A DNA stretch of 64,000 bases from Candidatus Latescibacterota bacterium (lineage in GTDB: Bacteria > Latescibacterota > UBA2968 > GCA-2709665): positions 3,520,001 to 3,584,000 of the forward strand of contig OZ242180.1 of assembly GCA_965205485.1 (NCBI GenBank), in the 5' to 3' direction. Numbering within the stretch: the stretch's first letter is position 1; each line of letters begins with the position of its first letter. The position numbers and the translations under genes were made by a program. The notes beneath the pieces are model-generated. The model was not told the origin of the DNA. It was given only the letters and a program-made list of their open reading frames with translations, and ran no database searches. Below are positions 1-9,881 of the stretch, piece by piece.

Positions 1-2
1 CC

Positions 3-602
3 GACCACGGCGGCACATCCCAGCAGCATACCGTCGTCAACGTCGCGGCGGTGCTGGAGCAGGCCGGTTTTCTGAAATACACGGGCAGCGGGTCCAACCG
101 CGGCATCGACTGGTCGCGGACTCGCGCGGCGGACGTGGGCCTGGTACACATCTTCGTGAACCTGAAGGGGCGCGAGCCCGGCGGCATCGTGGATCCCGCG
201 GACTACAACGCCGTCTGCCAGGACATTATCCAGGCATTGTACGACCATGTAGATCCGGCCACGGGGCGGCGGACATTCGCGCTGGCCGTCACGCGCGAAG
301 ACGCGGAGATGGTAAACCTGTGGTCGGACCGCGTGGGCGACGTCGTCTACGCCCTGCGTCCGGAGTACGACGGCGCCCATGGCAAGCAGTTGCCGTCCGT
401 GGCCTTCGGGATGGCCGGCCAGCACTCGACCTTCATTGCAGCCGGCGCCGGCGTGCGCCCGGCGGGGCGCCTCGAGCGGCAGGTGCGCGTCATCGACGTG
501 GCGCCGACGGTCTGCTACCTCACGGGCGCGCCCATGCCGCGTAACGTCGAGGGCGGCGTGATCTACGAGGCCGTGGTGGACCGGGACCTGCACCGGTCCT
601 GA
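3..602 (+). CDS. Alkaline phosphatase superfamily / type I phosphodiesterase-nucleotide pyrophosphatase, C-terminal part (5' end outside window)
   Basis: Frame open from position 3 with DHG motif; C-terminal GAHG...F-I-A-A-G-A-G-V...IDVAPT...G-A-P-M-P...EG motif typical of the family. Confidence 0.8.
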   Translation, partial: DHGGTSQQHTVVNVAAVLEQAGFLKYTGSGSNRGIDWSRTRAADVGLVHIFVNLKGREPGGIVDPADYNAVCQDIIQALYDHVDPATGRRTFALAVTREDAEMVNLWSDRVGDVVYALRPEYDGAHGKQLPSVAFGMAGQHSTFIAAGAGVRPAGRLERQVRVIDVAPTVCYLTGAPMPRNVEGGVIYEAVVDRDLHRS

Positions 603-625
603 TCCGGAGCGGCGGGAGATATGGA

Positions 626-1735
626 TTGCCAATGGATTTATCGCTGACACGTACCGTCGATCTGCTTGAGGCAGGCGTCGAAGAGGGTCTCCATCCGGGC
701 GCTCAACTCTACGTGTCCGTCGACGGCAGTGCCGTCGCGGACGTGTCAGTCGGGAATGCCACGACAACCCGGGCGATGACGAGTGACACCATAACCGTCT
801 GGATGTCGTTGACCAAGGGCATCACCGCGGTTGCCGTCGCCCAGATGTGGGAGAAGGGCCGGATCGGAATAGACGATCCGGTCTGCGCCCACCTGCCGGA
901 TTTCGGCGTCCGCGGGAAAGCGCGTCTGACGTTTAGGCATCTGCTGACGCATACCGCCGGGATCGGCCCCGTTGACGTCGCGTGGTCGAAATCCTCATGG
1001 GAAGAAATCGTCGCCGGAATATGCGATGCGCCCTTGCGGGAAGGCTGGGCGCCGGGGATGCGGGCGCGATACGACGTGGCGAATGCCTGGTTCGTGCTTG
1101 CCGAGGTCGTTTCACGCAAGAGTGGCATGCGCTTCGACCGATACGTCCATCGGGAGATTTTCGATCCGCTCGATATGCCCAACTGCAGCCTCTCGATGGA
1201 TTCATCGACGTATCAGGCGAGGAAGGACCGGATCGGATTGATGTACAATACCGCTGCCGAAACGCCGGAGCCGTCGCACTACAGCGTGGATCTGGATCGA
1301 ACGATCGGTCAATGCGTGCCGGGTGGGAGCGGCAGGGGACCGGCGAGGGAGTTGGGACGCTTCTACGAAATGCTTCTCGGGAAAGGCCGGTTCAGCGGGA
1401 AGACGATCCTGCTTCCGCAGACGGTTGAAGCGATTACAGCCCGGCATCGAAGCGGCCTGAAGGACGAAATCCTGGGTCATATTGTGGACATGGGTCTGGG
1501 TTTCTACGTCAACTCGAACATCTACGGCGAGGAGTCGGTTCCGTACGGCTTCGGGCGCTACGCCTCACCCCGCGCGTTTGGCAATGCAGGCTATCAGTCG
1601 TCCATCGCCTTCGTGGATCCCGATGCGAGCCTGGTTGTCGTCTGCATCTTCAACGGCACGCCTGGAGAAGACGCCCATCAGGTCCGCAACAGAGAGACGA
1701 ATAGCGCCATCTATGAGGATCTCGGTTTGGCTTAG
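626..1735 (+). CDS. Serine hydrolase, beta-lactamase/esterase (class C-like) family
   Basis: SxxK motif (SLTK), LLTHTAG, PG-x-R-x-x-Y, FG-N-A-G near the C-terminus. Confidence 0.9.
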   Translation: MPMDLSLTRTVDLLEAGVEEGLHPGAQLYVSVDGSAVADVSVGNATTTRAMTSDTITVWMSLTKGITAVAVAQMWEKGRIGIDDPVCAHLPDFGVRGKARLTFRHLLTHTAGIGPVDVAWSKSSWEEIVAGICDAPLREGWAPGMRARYDVANAWFVLAEVVSRKSGMRFDRYVHREIFDPLDMPNCSLSMDSSTYQARKDRIGLMYNTAAETPEPSHYSVDLDRTIGQCVPGGSGRGPARELGRFYEMLLGKGRFSGKTILLPQTVEAITARHRSGLKDEILGHIVDMGLGFYVNSNIYGEESVPYGFGRYASPRAFGNAGYQSSIAFVDPDASLVVVCIFNGTPGEDAHQVRNRETNSAIYEDLGLA

Positions 1736-1791
1736 TCTGTTCAGCCTCCGGTTTCTGCCATCACCTGCCAGCCCTCCGCGACCCCTCCAAG

Positions 1792-1910
1792 TGTCCGTTT
1801 TCGAACATTTCTGTATCAAAAATGAACACAATCCGGTGGATACTTCTTCCTGCCTGCTACATATAACTTCCTGAAAAATATGCATATGGATATTTGGCAC
1901 GGTTTTTGAT
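1792..1910 (+). promoter_or_regulatory. Putative sigma54 promoter with upstream palindromic enhancer-binding sites
   Basis: TGTCCG-TTTT-CGAACA (1792-1807), weaker copy TGTATC-N6-GAACA (1812-1828), AT-rich spacer, TGGCACG-N4-TTGAT (1895-1910). Confidence 0.6.
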
Positions 1911-1987
1911 ATTTCTGGATTAATCTATCGTCTGCCGTATGTGTCAATCCTGCAGACCGCTACACAGATCAATAGGTGTCGCCGGTT

Positions 1988-4414
1988 ATGTTCCGAAACG
2001 TGCTCCTCATCACCATACGCAATATGCGTCGTTACAAGCTCTATTCGGCCATAAATATCGCTGGGTTAGCGGTGGGGATCGCGTGCTGCCTGATGATCGG
2101 GCTACTGATACAGGATGAACTGCGATACGACCGATTTCACGAGCACGCCGATCGTATCTTTCGGCTCACAACCTGGATCGAAATCAATCACCCAAAGGCG
2201 AATGCGCATCTCGGCCCAAGGCTTGTTGACGATTTTCCCGAAGTTGAACAGGTCGTCCGCTTGGCGCGCGTGCCAACACAAACGTTGGTCGAATACCAGG
2301 ATCGGGAATTCCTCGAGGAAGAACTGTTGTATGCAACCCCCGAATTCTTCGACGTATTCTCGTTTACACTCGTTCTGGGCGATCCCACGACCGCGCTGGC
2401 GGCGCCCGATGCGATCGTGATTTCCCAGGACATGGCAAAACGCTTTTTCGGCGACGCAAATCCCATAGGCAAGCCATTGCGGATATCCTTGCGGTTGAAG
2501 ACAACCACACTTCAGGTTACGGGCGTACTCGGAGACCCTCCCCGGCACTCTCATATTAAATTCCGGGGGCTTGTTTCCTATGCAGCATATTCCAGTGGTG
2601 AACGTAAATTTTCAGGCGCCTACACGTATCTCCTCCTGGACGATAAGGCAACGACACAGAAATTCGTTGACAAGCTCCGCGACTGGCTGCCTCATCAGTT
2701 TACAGCCGACGAGGATGATGACAAATCCGTCGCCAGCGCATCCACTTCCTCTAGACCATTTCGGCTGATGCCACTTACTGATATCCATTTGCATTCTCAT
2801 ATGGAGCAGGAACTGGGCGCCAATCGCGACATTAATGAATTGTATTTGTTTGGTTCGGTGGGAGTTCTCATCCTGCTGATTGCCTGCGCGAACTACACGA
2901 ATATGGCCACGGCGCGTTCAGCCAACCGGGCCCGGGAAGTGGGGCTGCGCAAGGTAATGGGTGCCGACCGCGGGCAATTGATCCGGCAATTCATGGGCGA
3001 AGCCGTTCTTGTCACCATACTTGCATTTGTCGGTGCCGTAGTGCTCACAGAGATATTTCTTCCAATCCTGAATGCTGGTGTCGGCAAGTCCCTCGGCATA
3101 ACTTACGGCGGCCGTTTCTTTTGTATCCTAGCTGCGGCGGCACTGGCGGTCGGGGTACTAGCAGGAAGCTATCCGGCATTCTTCTTGTCGCGTTTTCGCC
3201 CCATAGTGATGTTAAAGAAACTTTCAATAACCACACACAGGAGCGTGGGATTTCGCAAGAGTCTTGTGGTCATCCAGTTCGTAATCTCAATTGGCCTGAT
3301 CGGTACGACAGCCGTGGTGATGAGACAGTTGCATTTCACAAAGAACAAGAATCTGGGCTTTGATACACGGAATGTGGTGGTACTCGATACGGAGGGAATC
3401 GAGTGGAGTGTGTATTCCGCGGAGCATCGTTTCCGCACTATAAAAGACGAACTGAAGCGGCACCCGGACATCCTCAATGTGTCACTGGCCTCTGTCGTGC
3501 CGGGCGAGGACTATTGGCCCACATCCCAGTATACCCTGATCGACTCGCCTGGCAGCCAACCGAAGTCCATCAAGACAATGTTTATCGATCAGGACTACCT
3601 GGAGACGTTGGGTATTGAACTTATCGCCGGGCAGAATTTCGCGTCCATTTTCGCCAAAAGATCGAATGACGCTGTCATTCTCAATGAATTAGCGGCGGGA
3701 GAGATGGGTATCGGTCGTACAACCGGTCAGAGGGTGCACATGAAGTTTTGGATGATTGAAACGACTGGCACTATTGTGGGTATTGTGCGAGACTTCCATA
3801 TTAGGTCGCTGCATCACAGAATCGAACCATTGGCGTTACGACTAAATCTTGATGGAAAGTTTGTTTGGAATGCCACTGAAATTGCCGCAAAATTGCGACC
3901 CGGTACTGTCCAGTCCGCGCTGCCATACCTGAGAGAAAAATGGGCTGTTTTTGCCCCCTCGCAATACTTCCGCTATACCTTTCTCGACACCTATTTTGAT
4001 TTCGATCAGTTATATCAACAGGAAACGCGATTGATGCGCGTTTTCGGCGCATTCTCGGGACTGGCGGTTTTTGTGGCGTTTCTTGGGTTGTTCGGTCTCG
4101 CATCTTTCACCGCTGAGAGTCGCACCAGAGAAATCGGCATCCGGAAGGTTCTCGGCGCATCCGTTTCCAATGTCGTCCTCCTCATAACCAGAGATTTCGT
4201 AGTTCTGGTGACTATCGCCATCGTCATCACGTGGCCGGTCACGTATTTGGGCGCGGAGAGGTGGCTGGAGAACTTCGCCTATCGGGTCGACGTTGGCTGG
4301 TGGACCTTTGCGCTTTCCGGCGCATTGGCGCTCGGCCTGGCTCTGGTGACCGTCGGCTGGTATGCTCGCAGAGCCGCTCGCGCCAATCCGGCGGATGTCT
4401 TGCGGCATGAATGA
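1988..4414 (+). CDS. ABC transporter permease, duplicated MacB/FtsX (about 800 aa) type
   Basis: Two MacB_PCD+FtsX halves, each with R-x-REVGLRK/REIGIRKVLGAS; ends ANPADVLRHE; ATG 1988 preferred over GTG 1976. Confidence 0.93.
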   Translation: MFRNVLLITIRNMRRYKLYSAINIAGLAVGIACCLMIGLLIQDELRYDRFHEHADRIFRLTTWIEINHPKANAHLGPRLVDDFPEVEQVVRLARVPTQTLVEYQDREFLEEELLYATPEFFDVFSFTLVLGDPTTALAAPDAIVISQDMAKRFFGDANPIGKPLRISLRLKTTTLQVTGVLGDPPRHSHIKFRGLVSYAAYSSGERKFSGAYTYLLLDDKATTQKFVDKLRDWLPHQFTADEDDDKSVASASTSSRPFRLMPLTDIHLHSHMEQELGANRDINELYLFGSVGVLILLIACANYTNMATARSANRAREVGLRKVMGADRGQLIRQFMGEAVLVTILAFVGAVVLTEIFLPILNAGVGKSLGITYGGRFFCILAAAALAVGVLAGSYPAFFLSRFRPIVMLKKLSITTHRSVGFRKSLVVIQFVISIGLIGTTAVVMRQLHFTKNKNLGFDTRNVVVLDTEGIEWSVYSAEHRFRTIKDELKRHPDILNVSLASVVPGEDYWPTSQYTLIDSPGSQPKSIKTMFIDQDYLETLGIELIAGQNFASIFAKRSNDAVILNELAAGEMGIGRTTGQRVHMKFWMIETTGTIVGIVRDFHIRSLHHRIEPLALRLNLDGKFVWNATEIAAKLRPGTVQSALPYLREKWAVFAPSQYFRYTFLDTYFDFDQLYQQETRLMRVFGAFSGLAVFVAFLGLFGLASFTAESRTREIGIRKVLGASVSNVVLLITRDFVVLVTIAIVITWPVTYLGAERWLENFAYRVDVGWWTFALSGALALGLALVTVGWYARRAARANPADVLRHE

Positions 4415-4898
4415 TACCCGGAAGGCCGGGCAACTCGGTTCTTTCCTATGCATATCGCTGTCATGATCAAAAGCTGATTTGTGTATTGATCCCGCTTGCA
4501 GGTTTCTTCAGTTAAACCGTGCCTCGATTCACGCAGGACCAGCGCAAATTAGAACTGCACGGTCCCCCGTAGAATCCCTGAACACGCCCGCCGCATCTCG
4601 CAGAATCCACTGCAGTCGAACCTCCACCTGCCGATATTTCCAACCTGTCCCCAAATAGATCGCGCCAAGCATCGCATATAGGAATTCGAGAGTATTCTGC
4701 GTTTTTCTAATTTTCCCATATGATGTTTAATAACAGGTAATTTTACATATCTGTTGCCGGGTTTCCTGTGCAGAAACGGGGGAGGGGGGACTTGATTTTG
4801 CGGCACTTGAATAGCATATTCATTCCGTAGTCTCCGATCGTTACAAGAAAAGATGGTTCAAACCCGGCGAATCGCTTGAGAAAGCAGGACCCCCGATT

Positions 4899-5867
4899 AT
4901 GCCAGCGAATGAGATTGTCTTGAAATGGGCGCCTCGGGTGAAACAGGCGCGAATCCGGCGTCTCTATCGCTTCGCCAGCCTGGGCATCTACGATGAAGAT
5001 GCGCTCGATGACGTGGGGACATCACTTTATGCCCGCAGTCTGGATATTGCGACAGTCGCCGATGCATTCCAGTACGGTCGGGTGACGTGTCCGAAATGCC
5101 GTACACCGGTTCAGCGTCGAATAGATCCCCTTTACGGTCTGGGCTGGCACGGCGAGCGTGGCCGGTGGTTTCACTGTCCGCACTGTGCCAGTCGCCTCTT
5201 GTGGACGGAGTGCCGTAAGGCGCTTCGCGAAAAGCCCCGCTGTTTTGACTGCCGTACGTTGCTGAAAGGGAAGAATCCGCTCAGGTGCAAATGCGGAACG
5301 GAATGGGATCCCCAGGCATACCACCGTTCCGTTGGATCCCGCGTACGGCTTCCCTGCCCGGCATGCCACGAAGTGATTCGCAGACCGGAGCGTCCGGAAA
5401 GTCCACGAAAACAACGCCAATCTACAGTTGAACGGTTACAATGTCCCGTATGCCGGCGTTCAGCCCATCACTCCGGTGGCGAAATCACGTGTGACGGCTG
5501 CGGTTATCGGCGCAGGTGGAGGGATTATCGGAAAGGGCTCAAGAAACGCGACGAGAGACTCGAATGCCTGTGCTGCGGTCACGCCTTCACCTGGCAGGTC
5601 TGGCGTAAGAGCGTGAAGCCCCTCACCACGGGCAATCCGCAACCCGCGCGAGACTTCGTGCGTTTATGGCCGATATGCCGGACACCGGAACAGCGTATGT
5701 TACAGATCGATTTGCTCCTTCAGACTCTGCATGGCCGCGGCCCATTGGCCCCGCTTTTCATCGAAGGGGACGAGCGCAGTATTCGTGCGCTACTCGACGA
5801 ATTGGCATCGCAGGTCCTCACACATGGAAGACCGGAAAGAAGCCTTGTCGCTGAACAAGTGCGGTAA
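4899..5867 (+). CDS. Uncharacterised multi-zinc-ribbon protein
   Basis: 322 aa with eight Cys knuckles (CPKC, CPHC, CFDC, CKC, CPAC, CPVC, CDGC, CLCC). Confidence 0.8.
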   Translation: MPANEIVLKWAPRVKQARIRRLYRFASLGIYDEDALDDVGTSLYARSLDIATVADAFQYGRVTCPKCRTPVQRRIDPLYGLGWHGERGRWFHCPHCASRLLWTECRKALREKPRCFDCRTLLKGKNPLRCKCGTEWDPQAYHRSVGSRVRLPCPACHEVIRRPERPESPRKQRQSTVERLQCPVCRRSAHHSGGEITCDGCGYRRRWRDYRKGLKKRDERLECLCCGHAFTWQVWRKSVKPLTTGNPQPARDFVRLWPICRTPEQRMLQIDLLLQTLHGRGPLAPLFIEGDERSIRALLDELASQVLTHGRPERSLVAEQVR

Positions 5868-5905
5868 ATGGCTGAAACGAACGAACGCGCCGAAACGGAA
5901 AAACA

Positions 5906-6379
5906 ATGATCAGAAGAAGAGTCGTAAGAGCGGTGATGTTGACGCCGGACCGTCATATACTGTTGATGAGGGTGCAGGAGCCCGTATCTGGAATCGAGTT
6001 CTGGGTAACTCCAGGCGGGGGCCTTGAGCCCGGTGAGTCTGACGAGGATGCGCTTCGCCGCGAGATCGCCGAGGAGACTGGAGCCACGAAGTTTTTTCCA
6101 GGACAACTGGTCTGGTCCAGACAGTGCGAATTCACGTGGGACAGCCGCGACTACAGCCAGCACGAGTACTTCTATCGGGTTCAGACCGACCGTTTCGAAC
6201 CCGTCATGGACGGGAATCCCGCTCAGGGCGAGGCCTCAGCCTTCCGGGAGTTCCGATGGTGGTCTGTCGAAGCCATCGGCAGGTCTGAAGAGACATTCTC
6301 GCCGCGGGACCTTCATTCTCTATTGGTGAGTCTATCAAGGAACGAAACGGCGGCGGGACCGTTTGACGTGGACCAGTGA
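5906..6379 (+). CDS. NUDIX hydrolase
   Basis: Nudix box GGGLEPGESDEDALRREIAEETG. Confidence 0.93.
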   Translation: MIRRRVVRAVMLTPDRHILLMRVQEPVSGIEFWVTPGGGLEPGESDEDALRREIAEETGATKFFPGQLVWSRQCEFTWDSRDYSQHEYFYRVQTDRFEPVMDGNPAQGEASAFREFRWWSVEAIGRSEETFSPRDLHSLLVSLSRNETAAGPFDVDQ

Positions 6380-6452
6380 GAAGGAGTCGGACGCCGAACT
6401 CCGATCAGTAACTCCGCCACGGGCATCAGGCTTGTATTCGGCGGTTTTTTTG

Positions 6453-6481
6453 TTGCCGAAGGTTAACAAATATGTTATCTT
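6453..6481 (+). promoter_or_regulatory. Putative TA promoter with operator palindrome
   Basis: TTGCCG-17bp-TATCTT overlapped by TAACA-AATA-TGTTA (6464-6477). Confidence 0.55.
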
Positions 6482-6492
6482 CATAGATGGAC

Positions 6493-6854
6493 ATGCGCGT
6501 TGAGTTTTATCGACGAAGATCGAAAATGCCCAGTTGAGAGCTTTCTTGGAATCTGGTCCCAAGACAGGCGCAAAAGGTCTTATGGGTGTTCAGACTCTCG
6601 AACGCATGGACAGGATTCCTGCGAACCACTTCAAGAAGCTGGCCGGTACAGCGAATATCTGGGAATGCAGGATTCCAACGCAAAGGGGAAACTATCGCTT
6701 CTTCGGGTTTTTTGTCAAAGGAAACAGACTCATTCTCACCCATGGATACTTGAAGAAGACTCAGGAGAGCTCAAAGATCGATCCTCGAGAAATCAGGAGA
6801 GCGGAGAGTTACATGAGAAATTATGTGAATCGTCACAGGGAGCAGGAATCATGA
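6493..6854 (+). pseudogene. RelE/ParE (Gp49-like) toxin, frameshifted in its 5' third
   Basis: Family-like segments MRVEFY / DEDRKCPVESFL / PRQAQKVLWVFRL / LERMDRIPANHFKKL...IWECRI...YRFFGF...ILTHGYLKKTQ are split across three frames; stop overlaps the antitoxin ATG (ATGA). Confidence 0.75.
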
Positions 6855-7126
6855 GTGATGTCGAAAAGTATATTGCGCGGCGAAAAACGTCAGATCCGGA
6901 ATTTGCAGAGGGTTTTGAGGAAGGGTACAAGGAGTTCGAATTCGGCGTTTTGCTTCGGCAGGCCCGACAGGAAGCCGGTTTGACGCAGGAGCAACTCGCC
7001 AGGTTGATGCATACAAAGAAAACAGCGATTTCGCGCCTGGAAAACCGTGCCGGAGACATTCGGCTGTCAACGCTGAGAAAAGCGGCGAGGGCGTTGGGTA
7101 AAGAACTGGTATTGAACCTCAAGTAG
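6851..7126 (+). CDS. XRE-family HTH antitoxin
   Basis: MSDVEKYIARRK...LRQARQEAGLTQEQLARLMHTKKTAISRLEN; translationally coupled to the upstream toxin. Confidence 0.9.
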   Translation: MSDVEKYIARRKTSDPEFAEGFEEGYKEFEFGVLLRQARQEAGLTQEQLARLMHTKKTAISRLENRAGDIRLSTLRKAARALGKELVLNLK

Positions 7127-7170
7127 GTTAAGGTCCCACGACGGGGATTCGGCAATCGCCTCGCGCCTTC

Positions 7171-7809
7171 ATGCAAACGCTCATTCTTGTGAAGCATTCG
7201 CTGCCGGAGATCGATCCGTCCGTCCCCGCGAAGGAATGGCGGCTTTCCTTCGAAGGGCGCCGGCGCGCACGGATACTTGGTGAGCGATTGGACCGGTATA
7301 GTCTGGATCTGATCGTCAGCAGTGCGGAACCCAAGGCCATTGAAACGGCTGAAATCGCGGCTGGCGTTCTGAATGTTCGGATGGAAGTCGTCGAAGGGCT
7401 GCACGAACATGAGCGCGTCAACGTCGGCTTCCTGGAGAAGGAGCGATTCGAGCAATCGATCAGGCAATTCTACGAGCAACCCGCCGATCAGGTTTTCGGT
7501 GAGGAGACAGCCGATAGCGCGTATGTAAGGTTTTCAGAGGCCATTAACGGAATTACGAAGAGGTCCCGAGAGAAGAACGTAGCGATTGTCACTCACGGTA
7601 CTGTAATGAGCCTGTTTGTCAGCCGCAATTCCGACCTGGAACCGTTCGCTTTGTGGAAGAAGCTGGGTCTGCCGTCCTGTGTCGTCCTGTCCCGACCGGC
7701 TTTTGACGTGGTCGAGATATGCCCGAACATCGGGGATGAGGAATCCATTGGCGGGGAGGAGCCGCACAATGACTCCGGCATTCGCCGATCGGGACCCGTC
7801 GAGGGTTGA
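7171..7809 (+). CDS. Histidine phosphatase (phosphoglycerate mutase-like) family protein
   Basis: LILVKHS (RHG variant), SSAEPKAIETA, LHEH, VTHG. Confidence 0.85.
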   Translation: MQTLILVKHSLPEIDPSVPAKEWRLSFEGRRRARILGERLDRYSLDLIVSSAEPKAIETAEIAAGVLNVRMEVVEGLHEHERVNVGFLEKERFEQSIRQFYEQPADQVFGEETADSAYVRFSEAINGITKRSREKNVAIVTHGTVMSLFVSRNSDLEPFALWKKLGLPSCVVLSRPAFDVVEICPNIGDEESIGGEEPHNDSGIRRSGPVEG

Positions 7810-7839
7810 CTGTCAGTGTGTGGTATTTCGTGTGCTACT

Positions 7840-8283
7840 ATGGACGGATTGAGGATTCGCAAGGCGGATTCGGCGGACGTTGACTTCACTTTTTTGGTAA
7901 AGGAGGCGGCGTTCCGGGAATACGTTGAAAGGGTCTGGGGCTGGGACGACGTCGATCAGCGAGAGTTGCATGAATTGCGGTTTGCTTCACAGGATGTGCG
8001 AATTATCCAGTATAAAGGGATTGACGTCGGTTACTTTTCCACGTCCGCGACCGCCGATCAGGTCAGAATTTATCAGATTTTCATCCTTCCTGAATACGAA
8101 CGGAAGGGGCTCGGGTCGGCGTGCATGAGCCGCACGGTCGCTGATGCCCACGCTCAGGGAAAGGACGTGACGCTGCAAGTACTGAAGATCAACACCCGCG
8201 CCACCGCGTTCTACCTGAGGCTGGGATTCGAGATCGTCGACGAAGACGATACGCACGTTCAGATGATTAGTCTGGCAAAGTGA
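7840..8283 (+). CDS. GNAT N-acetyltransferase
   Basis: ILPEYERKGLGS, N-x-RA-x-x-FY-x-RLGF. Confidence 0.9.
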   Translation: MDGLRIRKADSADVDFTFLVKEAAFREYVERVWGWDDVDQRELHELRFASQDVRIIQYKGIDVGYFSTSATADQVRIYQIFILPEYERKGLGSACMSRTVADAHAQGKDVTLQVLKINTRATAFYLRLGFEIVDEDDTHVQMISLAK

Positions 8284-8308
8284 AACCGATCAGTCTTTAC
8301 AAATACTC

Positions 8309-8347
8309 TTGCTGTCTGAAGGAAAATTGTATATACTTCGTATATAC
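8309..8347 (+). promoter_or_regulatory. mazEF promoter/operator
   Basis: TTGCTG-17bp-TATACT with two GTATATAC palindromes (8329-8336, 8340-8347); AAGGAGG RBS before mazE. Confidence 0.7.
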
Positions 8348-8380
8348 GCAATGGATTGAGCGATTTTAAGGAGGTAGCCG

Positions 8381-8629
8381 ATGGTGACGAAAGTACAAAA
8401 ATGGGGCAACAGCCAGGGACTTCGCTTCTCCAAAGCGATTATGACGGAGGCTCGAATCAATGTTGGAGATCAGGTCAACGTCTCCGTTAAAGACGGACAG
8501 ATCATCGTCGAACCGTTGACTAAAGTTCGGGGCAAATACGATTTGCGCGAACTGGTCTCCAGGATGCCTTCGGATTATCAGGTCGAAGAATCGGATTGGG
8601 GAGCGTCCACAGGAAAAGAGGCCTGGTAA
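8381..8629 (+). CDS. mazE: MazE/AbrB-type antitoxin
   Basis: KVQKWGNSQGLR N-terminus, DWG...GKEAW C-terminus. Confidence 0.95.
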   Translation: MVTKVQKWGNSQGLRFSKAIMTEARINVGDQVNVSVKDGQIIVEPLTKVRGKYDLRELVSRMPSDYQVEESDWGASTGKEAW

Positions 8630-8974
8630 ATGCCGGTATATGTTCCTGAAAAAGGGGATTTCGTCGTTCTAAGCTTTGATCCGCAGTCCGGGCACGAGCA
8701 GATGGGCCGTCGTCCCGCGCTGGTAATCAGTCGGACGATGTTCAACAGGCATACGGGGCTTGCCATGGTCTGCCCGATCACCAGCACTTTCAGGAATATT
8801 CCCTTTCATGTTTCCATTCCGGAAGGACAGGCCGTCAGCGGATATGTTATGGTCGAGCAGATCAAATCAGTTGACTACAAAAGCCGGAACGTGAAACGGG
8901 TTTCGAAAGCACCTCATTCCGTACTCAATGAGGTGTTGAGTATTCTGGATGCCAGCATTTATGACCACGTTTAA
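8630..8974 (+). CDS. mazF: MazF/PemK endoribonuclease toxin
   Basis: YVPEKGD...FDPQSGHEQMGRRPALVIS...CPITS...EQIKSVD; abuts mazE. Confidence 0.95.
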   Translation: MPVYVPEKGDFVVLSFDPQSGHEQMGRRPALVISRTMFNRHTGLAMVCPITSTFRNIPFHVSIPEGQAVSGYVMVEQIKSVDYKSRNVKRVSKAPHSVLNEVLSILDASIYDHV

Positions 8975-9013
8975 AAGTGCAGCGGAAGATATTCCGGTGG
9001 ACGTTGGCAAAAT

Positions 9014-9382
9014 ATGACACGCGAATTCATCGAAGCCAGGACGTTTATCGGAAAGACAGTCCGGGTCTCGGTCGACCGCCCGCTGGGATCCAGGCATCCT
9101 GACGCGGGGTTCGTCTATCCCGTCAACTACGGATTTCTCCCGGGCGTGCCGGCGCCTGACGGTGAAGAGCTGGACGCCTATATTCTGGGTGTCTCAAGTC
9201 CGATCACGACCTTTACTGGCACCTGCATTGCGGTCATTCGGCGATCTGACGATGATGACGACAAGCTCGTTATCGCGCCTTCCGGCAAGGATTTTTCCGA
9301 CGAGCAGATCCTGGCGCTGACCGAATTCCAGGAGCGGTTTTTCAGGTCATTCGTGACTCGGAAACCTGTTAATGCACAATAA
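9014..9382 (+). CDS. Small inorganic pyrophosphatase family protein
   Basis: DRPLGSRHP...YPVNYG...DGEELDAY...DDDDKL. Confidence 0.85.
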   Translation: MTREFIEARTFIGKTVRVSVDRPLGSRHPDAGFVYPVNYGFLPGVPAPDGEELDAYILGVSSPITTFTGTCIAVIRRSDDDDDKLVIAPSGKDFSDEQILALTEFQERFFRSFVTRKPVNAQ

Positions 9383-9544
9383 CTATCTCTGAATGAAGTA
9401 GTTATGTGGAATTACTGCTGTCCAGGAACCGAGGGATTCCTGGAGATGAGGTTCGAGGAGTGGATTCCATTCGCGAATATGGTCGGCTTTGACCCTGACA
9501 ACTAAAACCAGGTTGCCATGGGTTCGGGCCAGTTGCAATGCTTC

Positions 9545-9881
9545 TCATTCTGACCGGCGTCGAAGCATCTTTCGCCGCTTCCGTCCCGCTCTGGAGGCGG
9601 ACGTGCTGCCTCCCTGGTATCGAAGCGAGCAAATCGCACGGGATGATGCGATGCTGCAGTAGATCCTTCGTCGGCCTGGCGCCACCTCGGAATGATCGTG
9701 GGAAACACGTGTGACCTACGCGTTTCGCCGATGTCGCGCACAGGCCTCCTCTGGATGACAGCGGGAAGCATTGTGCTTGACTGTTGGCCAGCGTGTCATT
9801 CAGAGCGGAGCGAAGATCTGACCGGTACATTTCGCCAATGGTTAATGCAAAGCATGTCATTCTCAGCGGAGCGAAGAATCT
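9545..9881. repeat. Cluster of REP-like GTCATTC-N2-AGCGGAGCGAAG(A)ATCT units and inverted/degenerate copies (family B)
   Basis: Copies at 9794-9819 and 9855-9881, degenerate copy 9545-9570, inverted copies about 9661-9695 and 9749-9760. Confidence 0.75.

Noticed and set aside
626..1735. True beta-lactamase resistance gene
   Set aside because: No signal peptide and degenerate YxN/KTG motifs; more like a cytoplasmic esterase
6500..7126. 208-aa toxin-antitoxin fusion
   Set aside because: The extension is an alternative frame over the broken toxin; the antitoxin starts at 6851
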